Assembly (NCBI GenBank): GCA_963663405.2
Contig: CAXXSM010000053.1
Location: 1 to 64,000, forward strand
Reading direction: 5' to 3'
Source: a bacterium
GTDB lineage: Bacteria > Hinthialibacterota > Hinthialibacteria > Hinthialibacterales > Hinthialibacteraceae
Length of the DNA: 64,000 nucleotides
The first letter of the stretch is position 1. The number at the start of each line of letters is the position of its first letter. Below the pieces are notes generated by a model. That model ran no database searches and was not told where the DNA came from. It worked only from the letters and a program-made list of their open reading frames with translations. Below, one piece after another: positions 61,401-64,000 of the stretch. The position numbers and the translations under genes are program-made.

Positions 61401-62239
61401 GATGTCCATCCTTCCCCATTCCATTCCCACATGTCACCATATGTGATGTTCCAATCAAAACCACCGAACAGAACAATCGTCTGCCGATTCGGATCATAAA
61501 AAAGACGATGGCGGCAGCGGGGTGAGATACTCGCCATAGAAATGCCGAAATCAAAATCCAGACGGGAACCTTCCATTACTTTCACGCTTGATGTGGGGAC
61601 TTGGTTCCAAATCTCGATGTTGTTACGAACTAAGTTCGAAATGGTTTCTTCATCCATATCCCCCAGAGAACCTTGGTCCAGGTTGTACGTGACGGGAAAT
61701 TGCTTCCATGTTTTGGGTATCCCGGCTTGGTGGTGATTTAGATTGACCTGAGTTTTGATTGTATACTCACCGGCTTGGGCGGTTTGAAAAAGATACCAAT
61801 GCTCATCATCCCGCGTCACAAATTTCCCTTCACTGGGATTGCCGTTTACGATTAACTCTTCGATGTATTGGGGGTGCGATGAGATTGGAATACCGCCTGG
61901 TCCTGTCACTGTGATTGAATAATACTCAGGAGCTTCCATTTCATAATTTTCAGGTAGAAATACACAGGCATAGTAGACAGAACTCGCCTTTAAATCAGAG
62001 GTTAATAATGAGAACGGGGAGCCGGTATACTCATCGTCATTCCGGCCGATTACGCGAGTCATATCGTCTGGACCGTAGAGCATGAGTGTTGTATCAGGTT
62101 TATTCGAAGGGAGATAAATACTTAATGGTCCAGCGCATAAACCTGTGTTGACAAGAATCAATGTGTATAACAATGCTGCTCCTAATTTGGTCAGTATTTT
62201 CCATTTATTAAGGTTATTGTTTTGAATGTGATTTCGCAT
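58479..62239 (-). CDS. Secreted metzincin (matrixin-like) metalloprotease with two Kelch beta-propellers (one frameshift near 59177)
   Basis: HEFGHFLGLTH (60371-60403) with Met-turn PLMYP; about 12 Kelch repeats (P..R....(A/V)YD..R...VLFGG......DTW.WDG..W). Adding one G restores DTWEWKDRQW and joins 58479..59180. Ends AARGWRLY. Confidence 0.85.
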
Positions 62240-62318
62240 TTATTTATCCTTGGATCGCCGATTCGTGGCGGATTTTTTCTTTATTGAGGTAATTGTGTTT
62301 TCTGTTCCGCAGGAGATA

Positions 62319-63044
62319 TCATGGAGCGGCCAGTTTTGGTATGACGTCATGATGGCGCTTTTTTGTGGAAGCCCATAGTTGATTGCGGTTGTTCTGCGTT
62401 CGAGCCAGTTTCGTGATGGTCTGTTTGATATCGGCCAGCTTCAGGCTGCGGTTTTGTTCCGGCCATGTCTTCTTGTTTTGACCGGCGCTTTGTTTCTTTA
62501 CAGCCGCATGAGACGAAACCGCGCGCCGTGGATTAGAAAAAAGAAACTCTTTCGGCATGCCGTTGTCGACATATTTCTCCCCGGTTTTGGAATTTGAATA
62601 GACGTGAAAAACGCCCTGAGAACGCCCTACGGGCGCGCTGAATCCCCAGCGGCTTTTGGGGAACAAACAGAGAAGAATCTCGGCGCCTGGTTTAAGAACC
62701 ACGCGCGCGCCTTCCCATGTGGCGCCGCTTGCTTTGTCGTATCCACCGAGTTGTTTGAAGGTCATCTCTTTGGATTTACCGGCGCCTTTCAATACATCAT
62801 GAATCCGCACCGTGGTCCACGTGCAGATCAGGCTGGTTTGAGGATCTTCTCCCGATTTGACTTCGGTGACCACACCGTGAACGATTTGTCCCGATTTCTC
62901 AACGATTTCTGGAAGCGATAGCGACCGGACTGAAGCGGCCCGCGCCGGTATAGCTCCGTTTAAACCAATAACCGTCATCACCAAAACCGGTATAAAACAG
63001 AGATGGCGCTTTCGTTTGATACGCAAAATCCAATTGTTTGTCAT
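62319..63044 (-). CDS. Secreted hypothetical protein, TIMP/NTR-like OB-fold candidate upstream of the protease
   Basis: Signal peptide; ASVRSLSLPEIVEKS..IVHGVVTEV...T.TTVRI.DVLKG...FKQLGG...PG.E.LL.L...VG.SQGVF. Confidence 0.65.
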   Translation of the reverse strand: MTNNWILRIKRKRHLCFIPVLVMTVIGLNGAIPARAASVRSLSLPEIVEKSGQIVHGVVTEVKSGEDPQTSLICTWTTVRIHDVLKGAGKSKEMTFKQLGGYDKASGATWEGARVVLKPGAEILLCLFPKSRWGFSAPVGRSQGVFHVYSNSKTGEKYVDNGMPKEFLFSNPRRAVSSHAAVKKQSAGQNKKTWPEQNRSLKLADIKQTITKLARTQNNRNQLWASTKKRHHDVIPKLAAP

Positions 63045-63312
63045 AGTCTCACCTTAGAAAGAATGATGAATGAAAAGAATTCGCTTCGTATAGACGAAAG
63101 GGTCTAACATCGAATTCTCTTTTTGTCTTCTTTAATCGATATGTTGATATATTGGCCGTGTGAGGTAACCTGTTTTTTGCCGTTGTCCTATTCTAAGATA
63201 AAACAGTGGAAAATTGAAGAGATTTCTTGTGTTAATATAAATTTAACATATTTGTTTAACCTCGATTCGTCCGCCGCTTTTCTTTTTGGCGCGGTTTTTG
63301 GAAAGGAATCAC

Positions 63313-64000
63313 ATGAAATCTAAAGTAATCGTTAGATATTATCTAATTCCATTTCTTTTAGCGTTACTCTTTGGGTATAGCTGTTATCGCTGGAACGCCT
63401 TCCGGTATTTCATGGCCACATTGATGATCGCTTTGACGCCCTCCGCGTTTTTGTTCTGGTTTCTGATCCATCCATTTATCTCGTTCTGGCGCAAAGCAGG
63501 CGTTAGATGGACTTATGTCTGTGTTAGTTTACTTTGTCTCGGCGCCGCGTTTGGGTTGTATATAATAAGTGATCGTTTACTGGATTATGATCTTGGTATG
63601 AATTTGCCTCTTGTTTGCGCCGGTGTTCTTATTATCGCACTCGCCCAAAGTTTTGGAATGCGCTGGAGAGAGCAACTCAGTTTTAAGACGCTTGTAGGTT
63701 TACCCGAATTGGATCCAACAGGACGTCCGGAATCATTGTTGACCGATGGGATTTATGCAGTCATACGCCATCCCCGTTATGTTGAAGTCTCTACCGGTTT
63801 CGTGGGATGGGCGCTTCTTGTCAATTTTCCAGCAGTCTATGGCTTAGTGGTGGTAACTTGGATCGCATTGTACATCGTTGTCATCATCGAAGAAAAAGAA
63901 CTGCGCGATCGCTGGGGAGAAAAATACCAAGAATACTGCGCCCGCGTTCCCCGTTTCATTCCAACAAACTGGACGTGGAATCGATCATCCAGTATCTACC
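63313..64000 (+). CDS. Isoprenylcysteine carboxyl methyltransferase (ICMT/PEMT) family membrane protein, running off the window end
   Basis: Absent from the ORF track; read manually from AAGGA RBS and ATG 63313. Several TMs; LLTDGIYAVIRHPRY...EEKELRDRWGEKYQEYCARVPRFIP. Confidence 0.85.
   Translation, partial: MKSKVIVRYYLIPFLLALLFGYSCYRWNAFRYFMATLMIALTPSAFLFWFLIHPFISFWRKAGVRWTYVCVSLLCLGAAFGLYIISDRLLDYDLGMNLPLVCAGVLIIALAQSFGMRWREQLSFKTLVGLPELDPTGRPESLLTDGIYAVIRHPRYVEVSTGFVGWALLVNFPAVYGLVVVTWIALYIVVIIEEKELRDRWGEKYQEYCARVPRFIPTNWTWNRSSSIY

Noticed and set aside
286-63323. Numerous 60-240 aa ORFs overlapping long genes (e.g. 24914..25603, 42788..43498, 54510..55013)
   Set aside because: Antisense or alternate-frame shadows of well-supported genes, with no recognisable motifs.

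Overview
Gene-dense bacterial window of moderate GC, dominated by secreted carbohydrate-active enzymes (GH95, GH28, GH120, GH50-like, GH5-like, GH32, GH78, beta-helix proteins, DUF5060/DUF4038) and sugar uptake/catabolism genes (TRAP dctPQM, two KdgF-like cupins, an SDR plus FAH pair). It also carries a giant CUB-like/CARDB/cohesin-like surface protein, a Kelch-interrupted metzincin protease, a short RecD2, a Na/Pi cotransporter and two orphan pilin-like paralogs. I saw no rRNA, tRNA, CRISPR array or transposase. Best candidates for undescribed biology: (1) an operon with an SO_0444/ArsP-type permease fused to an HflK-type SPFH domain, followed by hflC- and hflK-like genes with no ftsH nearby, preceded by a leader with mutually exclusive pairings; (2) a short C-terminal motif ([VIA]-x-[DG]-[WY]-x-L-[YH]-stop) shared by three unrelated secreted proteins, possibly a sorting signal; (3) two families of small palindromic repeat elements. 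About 9-11 single-base homopolymer indels split genes, most likely sequencing or assembly errors. The protein style recalls Ca. Hinthialibacterota/Sumerlaeota-like candidate phyla; this is inference only.
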